Assembly (NCBI GenBank): GCA_964016885.1
Contig: OZ024743.1
Location: 91,822,001 to 91,886,000, forward strand
Direction: 5' to 3'
From: Eledone cirrhosa
Taxonomy: Eukaryota
Length of the DNA stretch: 64,000 nucleotides
Part shown: piece after piece, positions 14,092 through 29,344 of the stretch
Position numbering within the stretch: the stretch's first letter is position 1
Layout: the number at the start of each line of letters is the position of its first letter
Position numbers and translations under genes: made by a program
Notes under the pieces: model-generated
Told to the model about the DNA's origin: nothing
The model's input: only the letters and a program-made list of their open reading frames with translations
Databases searched by the model: none

Positions 14092-15305
14092 GGTAGTGGT
14101 GGTGGTGGTGGTGGTGGTGGTGGTGGTGGTGGCTGTGGTAGTGATGGTGGTAGTGGTGGTGGTGGTGGTGGCTGTGGTAGTGGTGGTAGTGGTGGTGGTG
14201 GTGGTAGTGATGGTGGTGGTGGTGGTGGTAGTGGTGGTGGTGGTGGTGGTGGTGGTGGTGGTGGTGGTGGTGGTGGTGGCTGTGGTAGTGGTGGTAGTGG
14301 TGGTGGTGATGGAGGAGTGATGATGGCAAAGGTGGTGGTGGTGGTGGTGGTAGTGGTAGTGGTGGTGGTGTTGGTGGTAGTGGTGGTGGTGGTAGTGGTG
14401 GTGGTGGTGGTAGTAGTAGTGATGGTGGTAGTAGTAGTGATGGTGGTAGTATTGGTGGTGGTGGTGTTGGCGGTGGTGGTGGTGATAGTGGTGATGGTGT
14501 TGGTGGTAGTGGTCGTGGTGGTGGTAGTAGTGATGGTGGTGATGGTTGTGATAGTGGTGATGGTGATGGTTGTGATGGTGATGGTGGTAGTGGTGGTGGT
14601 AGTGGTGGTGGTGGTGGTAGTAGTAGTAGTGATGGTGGTAGTAGTAGTGATGGTGGTAGTATTGGTGGTGGTGGTGTTGGCGGTGGTGATGGTGGTAGTG
14701 ATGGTGAAGATGGTAGTGGTGGTGGTAGTGGTGGTAGTGGTGGTGGTGGTGGCAGTAGTAGTGATGGTGGTAGTAGTGGTGGTGGTGGTGTTGGTGGTGG
14801 TGGTGGTAGTAGTGGTGGTAGTGGTGTTGGTAGTAGTGGTGGTGGTGGTGGTAGTGGAATACTAGAAAAGAATTCAGAAATTTGAGGAAAAAATTAAACA
14901 ACATAAATATAAGGAAATCAAATAAAACTAAAAGAAAAGAAAAGATTTTAAAACAAATAAGAATAAGAATAATTACTACTAGCTCCATCTATCGATCAAT
15001 AGCACCACCCTCTCACTACCTCTACCACCATCCCCACCTACGCCACAGCTACAACCATCCCCACCTACACCTATCGATCAACACCACCACCACCCTCTTA
15101 TTACCTCCTCCACCACCACCACCGCCATCACCATCATCACCTCCAGCTATCGATCAGCATACCACCCACCAACACCTCACTACCACCACCATCACCACCA
15201 CAATCACCATCGCCATCACCATCACCGCCTCCACCACCACCACAATCACCACCTTCACCGCAATCACCATCACCATCACCATCACTATCACCACCATCAC
15301 CATCA
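12040..15305. repeat. Block of trinucleotide microsatellites: (GAT)n, (AAC)n, CT-rich, (GGT)n, (CAC)n
   Basis: Seen directly; yields homopolymeric ORFs. Confidence 0.95.
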
Positions 15306-15379
15306 GCCTCGCGAGTTGGAATGGCTCTTCCAGCGCGTCTCCCTTACCATCCAGTATTGGCTGAGGCCATGTCTAACTT

Positions 15380-15560
15380 AATAGCACCATCAGTTTTTCT
15401 AGTCGACCCCAATAGTCAATGCCTGACATGCCAGCTATCCTTTTGGAGTTTAATCTTTGAGAAGCTTCAATTTTCATGATACTTTGTTTCGTATGGAGAC
15501 AACAGTATTCAAGGTGGACAACAGTATTCAAGGTGGGGTCGGGCAAAAGTGGAGAAGAGA
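15380..15560 (-). mobile_element. CR1/L2-like LINE C-terminal fragment
   Basis: HLEYCC..IMKIEASQR..KRIAGMSGIDYWGRLEKL. Confidence 0.6.
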
Positions 15561-15677
15561 ATAATAATAATGTGGATATCTCTCGACTGGAAAGCTCTGA
15601 GGATTCAGGAACATATTCTGCGGGCCATGTCAACTTTGTTATTTATATGAGTGACCAAGCTTATCTTGTTGTCCACA

Positions 15678-15718
<41 letters not shown>

Positions 15719-16197
15719 ACGTACGTAAATAAAACCATTATTGCTCCAATCAGTCCTCAAACACCCAGCAAACATTTTAAACCGAGCGCCAACCTGCACT
15801 CATGCCTCCTAGTAAACTAAACCATGACCCACCCTCCACTTCGGCAAACCGAACGCGGACCATCCACTTTCCCAATCTCGGCATACCGAACCGGACCGCA
15901 ACAGCCACCAAATGGGGAAGACAGACGTTATCAAGCTGCAAATGTCATATTATATAGTTTCTATGTAATAAACCTAATAAAGTTATTATCTGCAGCGACT
16001 ACGACTCCATTACATAATAGACCGTGCTCCACCTTCTCCTATTGTTGCTCGACTTTAAACCCTCAAACTATCCACCTAGGTGATGTGATGTCGCGCATTG
16101 GGAAGTCTAGTTCGTACAACACAACATCAAAATAATACTGAAGCGATTAAATAAATAAGCGAAATTAACTGAAGGTGATAATCACAAATATATGCAT

Positions 16198-16302
<105 letters not shown>

Positions 16303-17075
16303 CATATATAGAGAGAGATAGAAAGAGAGAGAAAAGGTGAAATTGGAAATAGAACGGAAAATATATTTAAGAGTCTGCTTTTCGTTTTTTTTTTCCTTTC
16401 TTTGATTCGTCAAAGTGACATTATTGAAAAAATGAAAGCGGCAATTCTTTTAAAAAGGAGTTTTATAATGTATATAAACTATATAAACTATAACCTATTT
16501 CGATGTATTAGTAAAATTCATCTTATCAAATGTTAAGTATTACAATTAAAGAGAATTAATAAGAATTAAAAACTAAAAATTAAAGATTTAGAAGTGTTGA
16601 GGCAAGTTTTTTTCATCTTCCTTATTGAGAAGGAGACTAGAAAAATGAACTCTTGTATATATAGAGAAAGGTGTAGTCGTGGTAGTAGCAGCAGCAGTGG
16701 TGGTAGTTGCATATATGTGTGTGTATGTGCGCGTGTGTATGTATATATATATATTCCTTCTTTCTTACATTTGGATTCATCTCGAAAGGTCTTTTTTCTA
16801 CGCGCTCATATATTCACCCAGCTTATGCTGACAGAATAACTATGTAGCTTGTGCCCTTCCTATCTACGGTTAGCTTTCCTCTTTGTTGTTACTTGTCTCA
16901 CTCGCTTTACGCGTTTTAATTGTCCTAATAACTTAATTTAGTTATTATTGCACCAACGTGAGGTATATGATTTTTAATGCAATGAAATATCTATGATCGT
17001 TGGCAAATCACTGATGAGGGACTCATTTTATAACATGTTATCCATGTGCAACCTGCAGTATTCTTCTCCCCATTT

Positions 17076-17123
<48 letters not shown>

Positions 17124-17286
17124 GAAAATAGAGAAATTAATGTAAGCAAGAAGCCAACAGTAATTCAGACATATAAGTGACTATTACGCCAAGATGAAAA
17201 ATATTTAACGTAAGATTTGGGAAAATAATTTAATCCCAATTCAAAGCAAGTCAAGACCAGAAATGTATATATACATATATATATAT

Positions 17287-17504
17287 ATATTTAATAAAAT
17301 AACAGATTAAACTTTAAGCAAAGAATCGATGCTTTCACCCTTAACGGGATCTTATGAAACCCGTTAAGGGTGAAAGCAGCGATTCTTTGCTTAAACTTTA
17401 ATCTGTTATTTTAATAAATATTTGCTCTACGGTTCTTATATATTTGATATATATTTATCCTTATCGAGCCCTCTTTGGATTTTAGTTTTCAAATTTATTA
17501 TTAT

Positions 17505-17508
<4 letters not shown>
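17287..17508 (+). mobile_element. Fold-back pLTR fragment
   Basis: Arms 17287-17348 and 17360-17421; centre TTTC-ACCCTTAACGGG..CCCGTTAAGGGT-GAAA. Confidence 0.65.
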
Positions 17509-17598
<90 letters not shown>

Positions 17599-17719
17599 CG
17601 TGTGTGTGTGTCTGATGGTAGCTAAGATGCTTCCATAGGCGGTATGCCGGTTGAGCACTCTATGTTCTTACAGAGCAGAGTGTGATATAAAATATCATTT
17701 ATATATATATATATATATC

Positions 17720-17842
<123 letters not shown>

Positions 17843-17875
17843 GGGGGGGGGCATATATATATATAGAGAGAGAGA

Positions 17876-18729
<854 letters not shown>

Positions 18730-19084
18730 CCACACACGTAGGCACAGGCACGTGGAAACACGAAGGCTAAGGCATAATGTGTTCAAATAGTGTCCCACCA
18801 TCTGAACGGTGGAAAGAAAAAGAATCCATACAAAAGATATTATCCTTGCAACATCACGACTGATTCTGCCGTTAGAGATGTTCAGATGCCGAGAAGCAGG
18901 CAAGGGAGAGAACTTATATTACCTGGTCTGATTCAAGTATTTTAGAACAATTTTGCAAATAGATGTGTACATAGTCTATAAATTAATTTGATGAAAGCAA
19001 TGGACTTGTTTCGAATAAGTAGATCCCCTGAGCGATGTATATTCTCTTAGTAAGTGATGATAAGAATGAAAGGGATTATAATGC

Positions 19085-19490
19085 TGTTGGTGGTGGTAGT
19101 GATGGTGGTGGGGCGTGTTGATGGTAATGATGATGATGGGGTTACTGGTGTTATTGCTGTTGGTGGTGGTAGTGATGATGGTGGGGCGTTTTGATGGTGA
19201 TGATGATGATGATGATGATAATGATAATGGTGATGATGATGTTGATAATGATAATGGTGGTGATGATGGTGATGATGATGATGATGATGATATTGATGAT
19301 GATGATTATGATGATGATGATGATGATGATGATGGTGATGATAATGATGATGATGATGATGATAATGATAGTGATGGGGAAGAGGGTGATGATGATGATA
19401 ATGATGATAATGATGATATTGATGATGATAATGATGATAATGATGGTGATGAGGATGATGATAATGATGGTGATGATGATGATGACGAGG
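19085..19490. repeat. (GAT)n-rich microsatellite
   Basis: Seen directly. Confidence 0.95.
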
Positions 19491-19776
19491 AGGGGGAGGT
19501 GCTTGTGGTGGTGTTAATGTTTCATTAATCTCTTTATCTCTTTCATTTGCTTCGCTAATCGTAGAAAGATTGAAGGAGCAGATTAGACGAAGAAAGAAAC
19601 AACCCATTACTGCATTACTGGCAAGACATTGCTGAAACTAAATTAAGAGTATTTTTTTTTGGGGGGGGGGTACTGAAACAACTCCCAAATGTAGGAGCAA
19701 ATTGATTTAATCGACTCACTAATTGAGAGAGGAAAGATAGACACACACACAAACACACACGCACACACACACACAC

Positions 19777-19865
<89 letters not shown>

Positions 19866-19961
19866 GATATATATATATAGATATATATATATAGAGAGAG
19901 AGAGAGGGGGGAAAGTGTGTGAAATCCTTGGTAAAGCTAGGTATATTTGAAATATTTCAGA

Positions 19962-20690
19962 GACGAAACACAAACGCAACATTCCCACACACCAACTGCT
20001 AGCACTAAACAAGGTACAAAAAGACTCCTCAATAATCGTAAAAGAACCTGATAAAGTTGGAGCAATCGTCATCATGGACAAAAACTACTAGAAGGATATG
20101 GTCCTAGAACAGTTGAATGACGAGAGTTTTTACAGGAAAATCAGCAAAAGTGAAGAAAGAAAATCGGTGATTCAACTAGGTAAACTGACGACACAGTACC
20201 AAAATAACCTAACGCTAAAGGAAATCACTTAACCAAATTCGAAATGAAAACAACTAATTTTTATAGATTACCGTAAGTTCACAAATCCAGAGAAATCCAA
20301 AACAACATAAAAGGCAAAAATTCATCATATGTCGAAGTACCAAAACCGACAGATTTAAAATTACGCCCAATTGTTGCTGGTCCAGCCTCAAGTACATAAC
20401 GTCTAAGCAACTTATTAGACATTATACCGAAACCCTTATGTAAAAAAGTGGCAAGCTTTATCAGAGACGATATGGAATTCCTGAACTATATACCCCAGAA
20501 AGTACACCAAGAAACAATCTTAGTCAGCTTTGACGTGGCTTATATATAACATCCCACACGGCTTGGAGATTGAAGCTATTGACTTCTGGATTACAAAAGA
20601 CCCAGATTACATTTCAGAGAGATTCCCCAAAGAGTTTATTTTAGAAGGACTCAAATTAGTATTGGAGAACAATTTCCTCTTTGATAGCGA
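19962..20690 (+). pseudogene. Penelope-like reverse transcriptase fragment
   Basis: IIVKEPDKVGAIVIMD, FYRLP*VHKS, LRPIVAGP, LVSFDV, YNIPH, LVLENN; contains stops and frameshifts. Confidence 0.85.
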
Positions 20691-20691
20691 A

Positions 20692-21242
20692 CTGAAGTGG
20701 GCCAGTCAAGGCAAAATCGGAGCATTCAAGAGTGAAGGTCATGGCCAAACGGATTTTATTGATTGACGTCCTCGAGAACAAAAGAACAATTACAGCTGCA
20801 TATTATGAAGGCGTTTTTAGAAAACTGGCCACGAACATCATGGAAAAATTCCCGGGGAAGCTGCATCGACACGTCCACTTCCACCACGACAATGCGCTTG
20901 CTGACGGCGCTCGGCAGACGCGAGCTGTGTTACGATAGGAAATCATCTGACACCCACCTTACAGTCTCGATTTAGCCCCATCCGAATTATTTTTGTTTCC
21001 AAACCTGAAAAAATCATTGAAAGGTACCCATTTTCCATCAATTGAAGATGTAAAAGAAGCTACTTTGATATGATTTAAATCGCATGGCCCTCAGTTTTTC
21101 AGATGGACTTAAAGGCTGGCATCAACACTTGCAGAAGTGTATTGACCCAGTTTAAGTATATGTTGAAAAATAAACATCATAACTTAAACCACTTTTTTCC
21201 AACTGTCCCTTTTCCACGAACTTTTTGAAGCCTCCTCGCATA
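20692..21242 (+). mobile_element. mariner transposase 3' half with right terminal inverted repeat
   Basis: RTITAAYY, FHHDNA, HPPYSLDLAPSE..LFPNLKKSLKG; terminus GAACTTTTTGAAGCCTCCTCGCA. Confidence 0.88.
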
Positions 21243-22154
21243 TTTATATATGTGAGTGGGTGTTTATTTTGTCAATCCCGGAAGGGTGATAGGGAGATCC
21301 GTCCAAAATTTGAACTGGAGGATCTATTAAATGCCGTTATGCAATGTGATGATGAGAGAATATGGCGGGGATAATAAATGTTTCAGTATTTCCGTTATTA
21401 AAAACTATGCTTATTTACATTAGCCATTGTATTTCAATTATATATAAACCAATATTCGCTATATTATGTGTGGCAGAGATGCGTATCTATTTTGATTTTC
21501 TTCTAGTTACTAAAAGTGATATTGTCAGATTTCGAGACGGGTTCAAGGAAACTGGCTTCCAGTTGCAAAGTAAGTTGCAGGTGGGAAGATGATGTATATG
21601 TATATTCAGGTGTATTTGTACAACACTTACGAGCGTATCTATGAATACCTGTGTAGGCATGTCAGTCCACTATTTCCTTCAAGTTACCTTAAGTCAGCCT
21701 TCACTTAATTTACTGTATTTTAATTTATCTCTAATTCTTCTTCACGTGTCTTACTTTGATAATTACTTTAAGTTACCTTAGGTTGGCCTACACTATTTAA
21801 TTGGGAAAGAAACCGCCTAATAACTCCTTACTTGTCAGGCATGTTGGTCCGGAGACCTTGATCGGTTTCACGAATATTTGATGCAAGCTGCGGGGAACAG
21901 TCCTACTGCCAAACCCCCTCCCGGACATTCCCTATATATCGTCAGATTTCACTCTGACATCACGCTCATCGAGTGCTTGAGTCTCTGGAAGACGAGGAAT
22001 CGGACATCTGGATGTGATCCGTAGAGCTTGATTAAACGGGGAACTAGCGAGGAGTAGGGCTATCATACTTCCAGCAATTTCGAGCCAGTTAAACTATAAC
22101 TATACGACAATTACGTCATACACTCTGATTTTTAGCTGGCCTACTGGCAGCTAT

Positions 22155-22872
22155 TTCTTCTTCTTCTTCTTCTTCTTCTTCTTCTTCTTCTTCTTCTTCT
22201 TCTTCTTCTTCTTCTTCTTCTTCTTCTTCTTCTTCTTCTTCTTCTTCTTCTTCTTCTTCTTCTTCTTCTTCTTCTTCTTCTTCTTCTTCTTCTTCTTCTT
22301 CTTCTTCTTGAGAGGGTCGTGGTGGCAGAGTCCTCAGACACTCCTTCCAGCAAGTCCTGTCAGAAGCAACCGTCTCCAACTGATCTGGCTGGATCCCCAA
22401 GTGAAACCAGCCAAGCTCATCGATGTTATCCAACCATCTTGCTCCAGGTGTACCCCTAGGTCTCCTACCTGTTGGTCTCGCCCGTAAAATCTTTCCAGCG
22501 ATTCTTTCCTGAGACATTCTAACCACATGTCCAAAGTATCGGATCTGTGATGTCTCAATTCGGAGAAGTAGCAGCTCTACCTGAAGTGACTCTCTCATCT
22601 CCGAGCTACACACTTTATCGAGTAACGTTACTCAAAAGACCCTTCAGAGGAACCACATTTCGGCCGCTTGTATTTGCGTTCGTATTCTTTCGGTCATAAC
22701 CCAAGATTCATGACCATAGGTAAGGGTTGGCCCGAAAACCGAATTGAAGATAGCGAGTTTGGCTTTTAGGCCTACCTCCCTTCTTCTGATTACTGAATGC
22801 TGAAACTGGCGCATTACTGCAGCAGCTCCTGCAAGTTTTGCAGTTAACTCAGCCTCCTGCCTACCATCACTC
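22155..22872 (-). mobile_element. RTE LINE 3' fragment with long (GAA)n tail
   Basis: Same family as 10864-11530; YFGHVVRM..RPRG..WLDNI. Confidence 0.9.
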
Positions 22873-23034
22873 GGAAAACGACAATTTATAATTTTTTTTT
22901 TCATTATAATCATCTCTTTTCCACATATTCATCCCTTTAATATAACCTCTCCTTTTGTTCTTAATTAATTCATTAATTTTTTTTAATTTATTTTAATCTA
23001 TCTCTTATATAGTTAATTATTGGTATCGGTTATA

Positions 23035-23220
23035 GTTGTTTCTACTTTTGGTACAAGGCCAGCAATTATCCCAGTGCATTACTGGTACTTTATTTTATCG
23101 TCCCCGTAAGGATGAAAGGCAAAGGTAACCTCCGCGGGATTTGAACTCAGACCACAAAGGGCCGTTACTCTATGCTGCAAAGCATGGCGTCCGACCCTCT
23201 ACTGATACTGCCAATCCACT
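23035..23220 (-). mobile_element. tRNA SINE (main family)
   Basis: Reverse complement of the SINE core. Confidence 0.88.
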
Positions 23221-23619
23221 TATAATATTTGCAGTTGTTGCAGACCTGTGGACAATATGGGGTGGGGAAGAGATGGATGTCACTACTACTATAACAGCTA
23301 CTGTCACTACTACTACTATAACAGCTACTGTCACTACTACTATTATAACAGCTACTGACTGATAGAGAGGAGAAGGAGAAGGGCTACTGGCTGATTTCGT
23401 TACTTCCTATACTAAACATTCGGTAATAATGACGTGGGACCTAAACTGACCAACCCTTCCGCCAAAATTCTTAGGGTCATACAGGGACCGGCCGTCGAAG
23501 AAACAACACCACGTGTTCGGCCGGACCCCTGTATCAAGAAAAGAAAATCGTCTTCGGAGAAATTAGTAGATTTTTCCAAATTTAAAGTTTTTTTTAGGAT
23601 CTTTCAATGTTTTTATAGG

Positions 23620-23682
23620 CTTTGCTTCTGAAGAGCTGAGGCTATCATAACTGAGTCTTCAGCAAAATATGTATAACGGAGT
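23620..23682 (+). ncRNA. Degenerate hammerhead ribozyme
   Basis: CTGAAGA-GCTGAGG..CTTCAGC-AAAA (GAAA mutated)-TATGTA-TA; stem I weak. Confidence 0.45.
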
Positions 23683-23751
23683 TTTAAATATACTTGAATC
23701 AACTGAATATAACCTCGATATTTTATTAATATATATATATATATACTATAT

Positions 23752-23962
<211 letters not shown>

Positions 23963-23970
23963 TGTGTGTA

Positions 23971-24700
23971 CGGGTATAAATTTATGGTACCCATTTACGT
24001 GTGGTGTATTTAGGCAAATAACTTTGTGTCTACTCTCGAATTTTTAGGTCGAAATATCCCGAATTCGAATTCTAAACAGCATCCTAATTCTATATCACTG
24101 TCTAATTTCCTGTTGGCATTTAATGTCCGGAAAGGTTTTAGGTACTACCATGGATTACTGTCACACCGTATTTGCCATGGTACTTTGGAGACGAGAGTCG
24201 AATGCTACCATTCTATTCTACAATGATTCGAGACGGATTTTCTCTAATAACCGATTTTTTCATTTACTTGTCAATTTGTGTTTGACTTGAGATATGTTGG
24301 TTGAGTTCTTATGGAGGGACCGAGGTATAGAATCTCGGCTCCTACCCACCACGTAAATTTCTGAACCAGTGGGCAATCGGTTGACGGTATTTTGATGATG
24401 GGTAGAGATTTCAGTTACTAACGTACTACTGTGTCGCCTGTTTCATTTACTGCCATAGACAACATGGACTGGAATCGAATTCTGTCGATCGATTGGTTAT
24501 TGATTAGGCGAGACCCGCTGATAAAGCCATATACGCCGATTGTGCATTACTGCATCATATATGCAAACAATAGATGCTGCAGGCTCTCTTGCTGCATTAA
24601 GTATGGCCGAAACTCGACTACAGGTATAAATTTATGGTACCCATTTACGTAAGTGTGTTATATTAAGGCAAATAACTTTGTGTCTACTCTGGAATTTTTA
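23971..24700 (+). mobile_element. 650-bp retrozyme-like or non-autonomous PLE unit with terminal direct repeat
   Basis: 23971-24046 repeats at 24621-24700; the repeat starts at the HHR cleavage site. Confidence 0.7.
24513..24625 (+). ncRNA. Hammerhead ribozyme with long stem II (partly mutated)
   Basis: ACCCG-CTGATAA-AGCCATA...TATGGCC-GAAA-CTCGAC-TA|CAGGT; the upstream copy has the perfect partner CGGGT. Confidence 0.68.
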
Positions 24701-24865
24701 CATAACCTTGCCTATTGAGTACGGTGAGATACAACCGGTACTAGCAGGGAAACCTTAATCTAGGTCCGTCAATTTATATATACATGGGTTCACATACAGA
24801 AACTCTTACTCTCACACAGAGGAAGCTAGACAAGTAGCTTACACAAGACATTTAGTAACACGCAC

Positions 24866-24909
<44 letters not shown>

Positions 24910-25552
24910 CTACCTATCTATCTATCTATCTATCTATATCTCCCTCTCATCCCTCTATCTATCAATCTATCTATTTCTCCCTCTTTCTACCCCCCTCTCC
25001 CTCACCATTTCTCTCTGTCTCATACACACATACTTCACTCCCTCTTTCTGTGCCTCTCATTCCCATTCGAATGACAATAGAAGGTACAGTACACGAAAGG
25101 AATGTAGGTGCTTGTGGTGACGGTGGTGGTGGGGATGACGAGTGTGCTGGTACTGGTGGTGGCAGTAGTAGTAGTAGTAGTGGTGGTGGTGGTTGTTGTA
25201 CTGCTGCTGGTTGTTGTGACAGTGGCAGTTTGATTCACGATGATGGTGGTGGTGGTGGTGATGGCATGGAGGCAAGGTGAGGTTGAAATGGAAACGTCGA
25301 GAAAGTATCTGGTATGATATATTGTCAAGGATGAGCGTCTTGTCTCCTATCACTCAAATCCTTATCTTCGAAACAGCTTTGTTTTCCTCACCACCACTGC
25401 TAGCTTCCCAAACGCCGCCGCCACTACGCCTCTCTTTATCTCCTACCACACCTCTTCTTCCCTTCCTTCCACACAAGCCACCTTCTGCGCCCCTGTTCCG
25501 TTTTCCAATTAAAAACATTTTATCTGTCTGTAATCAATCCAATAGAATGTAC

Positions 25553-26630
25553 CGTGGTGTGGCGTGGCGTAGCGTATTGTGACGTGGTATAGTGCGGCGT
25601 GACATGGCGTAGTGTGACGTAGTGTGGTGTGGCGTGGCATGGCGTAGTGTGACGTAGTGTGGTGTGGCGTGGCGTAGCGTAGTGTGACGTGGTATAGTGT
25701 GGCGTGGTATGGCGTAGTGTGACGTAGTGTGGTGTGGCGTGGCGTAGCGTATTGTGACGTGGTATAGTGTGGCGTGGTATGGCGTAGTGTGACGTAGTGT
25801 GGTGTGGCGTGGCGTAGCGTATTGTGACATGGTGAGGCGTGGTATGGCGTAGTGTGACGTAGTGTGGTGTGGCGTGGCATGGCGTAGTGTGACGTAGTGT
25901 GGTGTGGCGTGGCGTAGCGTATTGTGACGTGGTATAGTGTGGCGTGGTATGGCGTAGTGTGACGTAGTGTGGTGTGGCGTGGCGTAGCGTATTGTGACAT
26001 GACATGGTGTGGCGTGGTATGGCGCAGTGTGACGTAGTGTGGTGTGGCGTGGCGTAGCGTAGTGTAACGTAGTGTGGTGTGGCGTGGCGTAGCGTATTGT
26101 GACATGGTGAGGCGTGGTATGGCGTAGTGTGACGTAGTGTGGTGTGGCGTGGCATGGCGTAGTGTGACGTAGTGTGGTGTGGCGTGGCGTAGCGTATTGT
26201 GACGTGGTATAGTGTGGCGTGGTATGGCGTAGTGTGACGTAGTGTGGTGTGGCATGGCGTAGCGTAGTGTAACGTAGTGTGGTGTGGCGTGGCGTAGCGT
26301 ATTGTGACATGGTGTGGTGTGGCATGGCGTAGTTGTGTGAGGTGGCTTCGTGTAGCGTGACGTCAGGTGGTGCAGTGTGATGTGGCATAGGGTAGCGTAT
26401 TGTGACGTAGCCTATTGTGACGTGGTGTAGTGTGGCGTGGCGTGACGTAGCATAGTATGACGTGATGTGGGGTGACGTTGTGTAGCATAGTGTGACGTGG
26501 TGTGGCGTAGGAGTTGTGACGTGGTGTGGTGCAGTGTGACGTGGTGTAGCATATTGTGACGGGTTGTGGTGCTGTGTCGTGTGGTATTACATGGTGTGGT
26601 GTAGCGTATTGTGACGTGGTGTAGTGTGGT
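25553..26630. repeat. Pentamer-based minisatellite (GTGGC/GTAGT/GTGAC) with higher-order units
   Basis: Seen directly; source of the HATPHYVTLR ORFs. Confidence 0.92.
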
Positions 26631-26891
26631 TTGGGGAATGAAATATAATGGGACTTTAGAATGACACAATGTTAAAGGCATAGATGCCATTGCAATCATT
26701 TCCTCCTTGCTTATACATGATATATATATAGGAACGTTCGACTTTCGTCAAATCGGACCGAGGAAACAATGTTTCCGTTGGTCTTTACAATTGCTAATAC
26801 TATCTATCCGTCGCAACTCCAGGTAGAAGGAGCAACTTGTTTACCCATTCCCTTGCCACTTCAATTTTGATTACCTCCTGATTGTAACCTT

Positions 26892-26990
26892 AGTATGTCT
26901 GATGAGATCATGACACTGGGTACTACGCAGAATCACGTGGCCACTGTCGTCATAGAAATATGTATCACCGCCTTATCAATAAAGGACTTT
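26892..26990 (+). ncRNA. Degenerate hammerhead motif followed by AATAAAGGA
   Basis: CTGATGAG at 26899, ATGAC..GTCAT stem II, GAAA-TATGTA-TC; stem I does not pair well. Confidence 0.45.
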
Positions 26991-27100
26991 AACATCTAAA
27001 CTACTTTGGATTTCCTCATTCTAAAAATACTCCGTCATTCCTATTTGGAAAATGCACGTTGAGTTCTCTAATTGAATTACATCAATATTTTACCACACAC

Positions 27101-27223
<123 letters not shown>

Positions 27224-27229
27224 CATATA

Positions 27230-27410
27230 CATATTGTTATACTTGGGGCGGATCATATTGTTGTAATAATATTGTTGCCAGAAATAATAACAGAATACAC
27301 TCACTGTTTGGTTGGTTTTCGCTTCTGTATCTTTTATATCTCCACAGTTAATTCATTTGGTCCTCAATGTTTATCATTGACTGACAAACGGTCAAAAGTA
27401 CTGATATAAA
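27230..27410 (-). mobile_element. pLTR-like repeat, inverted copy of 43800-43970
   Basis: Direct sequence match; terminus shared with the 44105-44559 element (ATGACCCTCCC.AAGTATA). Confidence 0.6.
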
Positions 27411-27475
27411 TATAGATATATCTCCTCCACTCTAGATAAACACATATACATACATTATATATATATATATATAAG

Positions 27476-27657
27476 GGCGGTGAATTGGCAGTATCGGTAG
27501 AGGTCGGACGCTATGCTTTGCAGCACAGTTACGTCCCTTTACGGACTGAGTTCAAATCCCGCCGAGGTTAACTTTGCCTTTCATCCTTACGGGGTCGATA
27601 AAATAAAGTACCAGTAATGCACTGGTTATTTGCTGGCCTTGTGCCATAAGTAGAAAC

Positions 27658-27660
<3 letters not shown>
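27476..27660 (+). mobile_element. tRNA SINE (main family)
   Basis: Full head, core and tail. Confidence 0.88.
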
Positions 27661-27703
<43 letters not shown>

Positions 27704-27979
27704 CTCAACCCCCTTCTATATTTCTACCTTGCTCTACGTCCTCTTCTTCTCTAAGTTTATCATATTATTTGTGGTATAAAAACGTTGAGGGTTGGTGAAA
27801 TAAATCACTGCCACTATTGGAATTGAATAATCAAAACCGTAGCGGTATGTCGCATATCAAATCTTATATTTTATCTGATGAAAACGTACTGAAACACCAT
27901 TGAACCTTTGAAATATGTATAATAAAATATATATTTTGATTATGAGAATATTTTTCATTTATTAATATTTTGAATAATA

Positions 27980-28168
27980 CTAGAAGTGGTACCCGGCGTT
28001 GCACGGGATAAGGTATTTTGGAACGCGAGCCGCCAACAGACCTAATCGTGGACAAACTGCATGCCTGTAAAGAAAATAAACCGAATACTCTGATGGCTGG
28101 ATAATATTTAAGATTTTCCTTGATGAAGCAGGAAAAATGCAGGTTTTCACCTAAGGTAGAAGGAACAA

Positions 28169-28172
<4 letters not shown>
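27980..28172 (-). mobile_element. Helitron 3' end fragment
   Basis: Minus strand CCCGTGCAACGCCGGG-TACCACTT-CTAG|T. Confidence 0.7.
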
Positions 28173-28216
<44 letters not shown>

Positions 28217-28222
<6 letters not shown>

Positions 28223-28487
28223 ATATAGAAATTAATGTGAGCAAGAAGCCAACAGTATTTCATAATATATAAGTGACTATTACGTCAAAATGGAAAATAA
28301 TTAACGTAAGATATGGGAAAATAATTCAAACTCAATTTTAAAAAAATCAAGACAGAGATTTTATCCACAGATTTTGTGAAATCCAGGGAAAAAACCAATA
28401 GAGTCTTAACTCAAAATAAAATAAAGTTTAAATACTCATCCTTCAATTTGGAAAAACTACAAATGCTCTATAGTCTTAAAAAAACTA

Positions 28488-28491
<4 letters not shown>
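28217..28491 (-). mobile_element. pLTR copy of the 2700-3480 family, truncated at the HHR GAAA
   Basis: Matches 2700-3168 minus the SINE; ends ...ACTATTTC|(AC)n. Confidence 0.8.
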
Positions 28492-28534
<43 letters not shown>

Positions 28535-28845
28535 AGGTACTTCAACGCAGGTATAAAATGGTCGATCAAGTTAGGCATAAAAAAACCCAAAGACGGTAAA
28601 AAAGTGGACAGAGTCGTTACAACCATCAGCAACACCTCTACCCCTCAGTTACACCTCCACCCATCACCTCTAGATCCTCATAAAACAATATTATATCTCA
28701 CGCTCTCCTGACGTATATTGATTTACTCTGGTTTTAGTGAGAAAGGATTTTACACAATTCTGAATTCTGTATGGCATTATAAATTTATTTATGTTTACGT
28801 TATATTTACGTGTGTGTGTGTAGAGTGTGTTTCTCTCTGGAGGTT

Positions 28846-28927
<82 letters not shown>

Positions 28928-29044
28928 CGTGTTTAAGAAAGGATTATAGCAGGATCTATGACTTTGTATTGCATAGTACCATATGTGCATGTGTGTAGAT
29001 ATATATGAAAATATATATACATATATACATACGTATATATATAT

Positions 29045-29121
<77 letters not shown>

Positions 29122-29344
29122 CGTGTGTGCGTGTGCGTGTGAGTGTGCGTGTGTGTGTGTGTGTGTGTGTGGTGGATTCTCCGCCGACTTCGACCAAAAT
29201 CTTTGAACCTATGAATTTTTCAGCCTACGAATGCTTCTGCCTATGAACTTTTCAGCCGATCTTTTATATATATCTTCTTCTTGCTCGTGCTCAAGCGGGC
29301 TGGGTGTCAGCTTCAGCCAACGCCCCCCCCCCCTCCGTCATGCG

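Noticed and set aside
16980-17030. Permuted HHR (GAAATATCTA-TGAT..ATCA-CTGATGAG)
   Set aside because: Stem II cannot be formed.
27868-27905. CTGATGA..GAAAC motif
   Set aside because: No convincing stem I or stem II.
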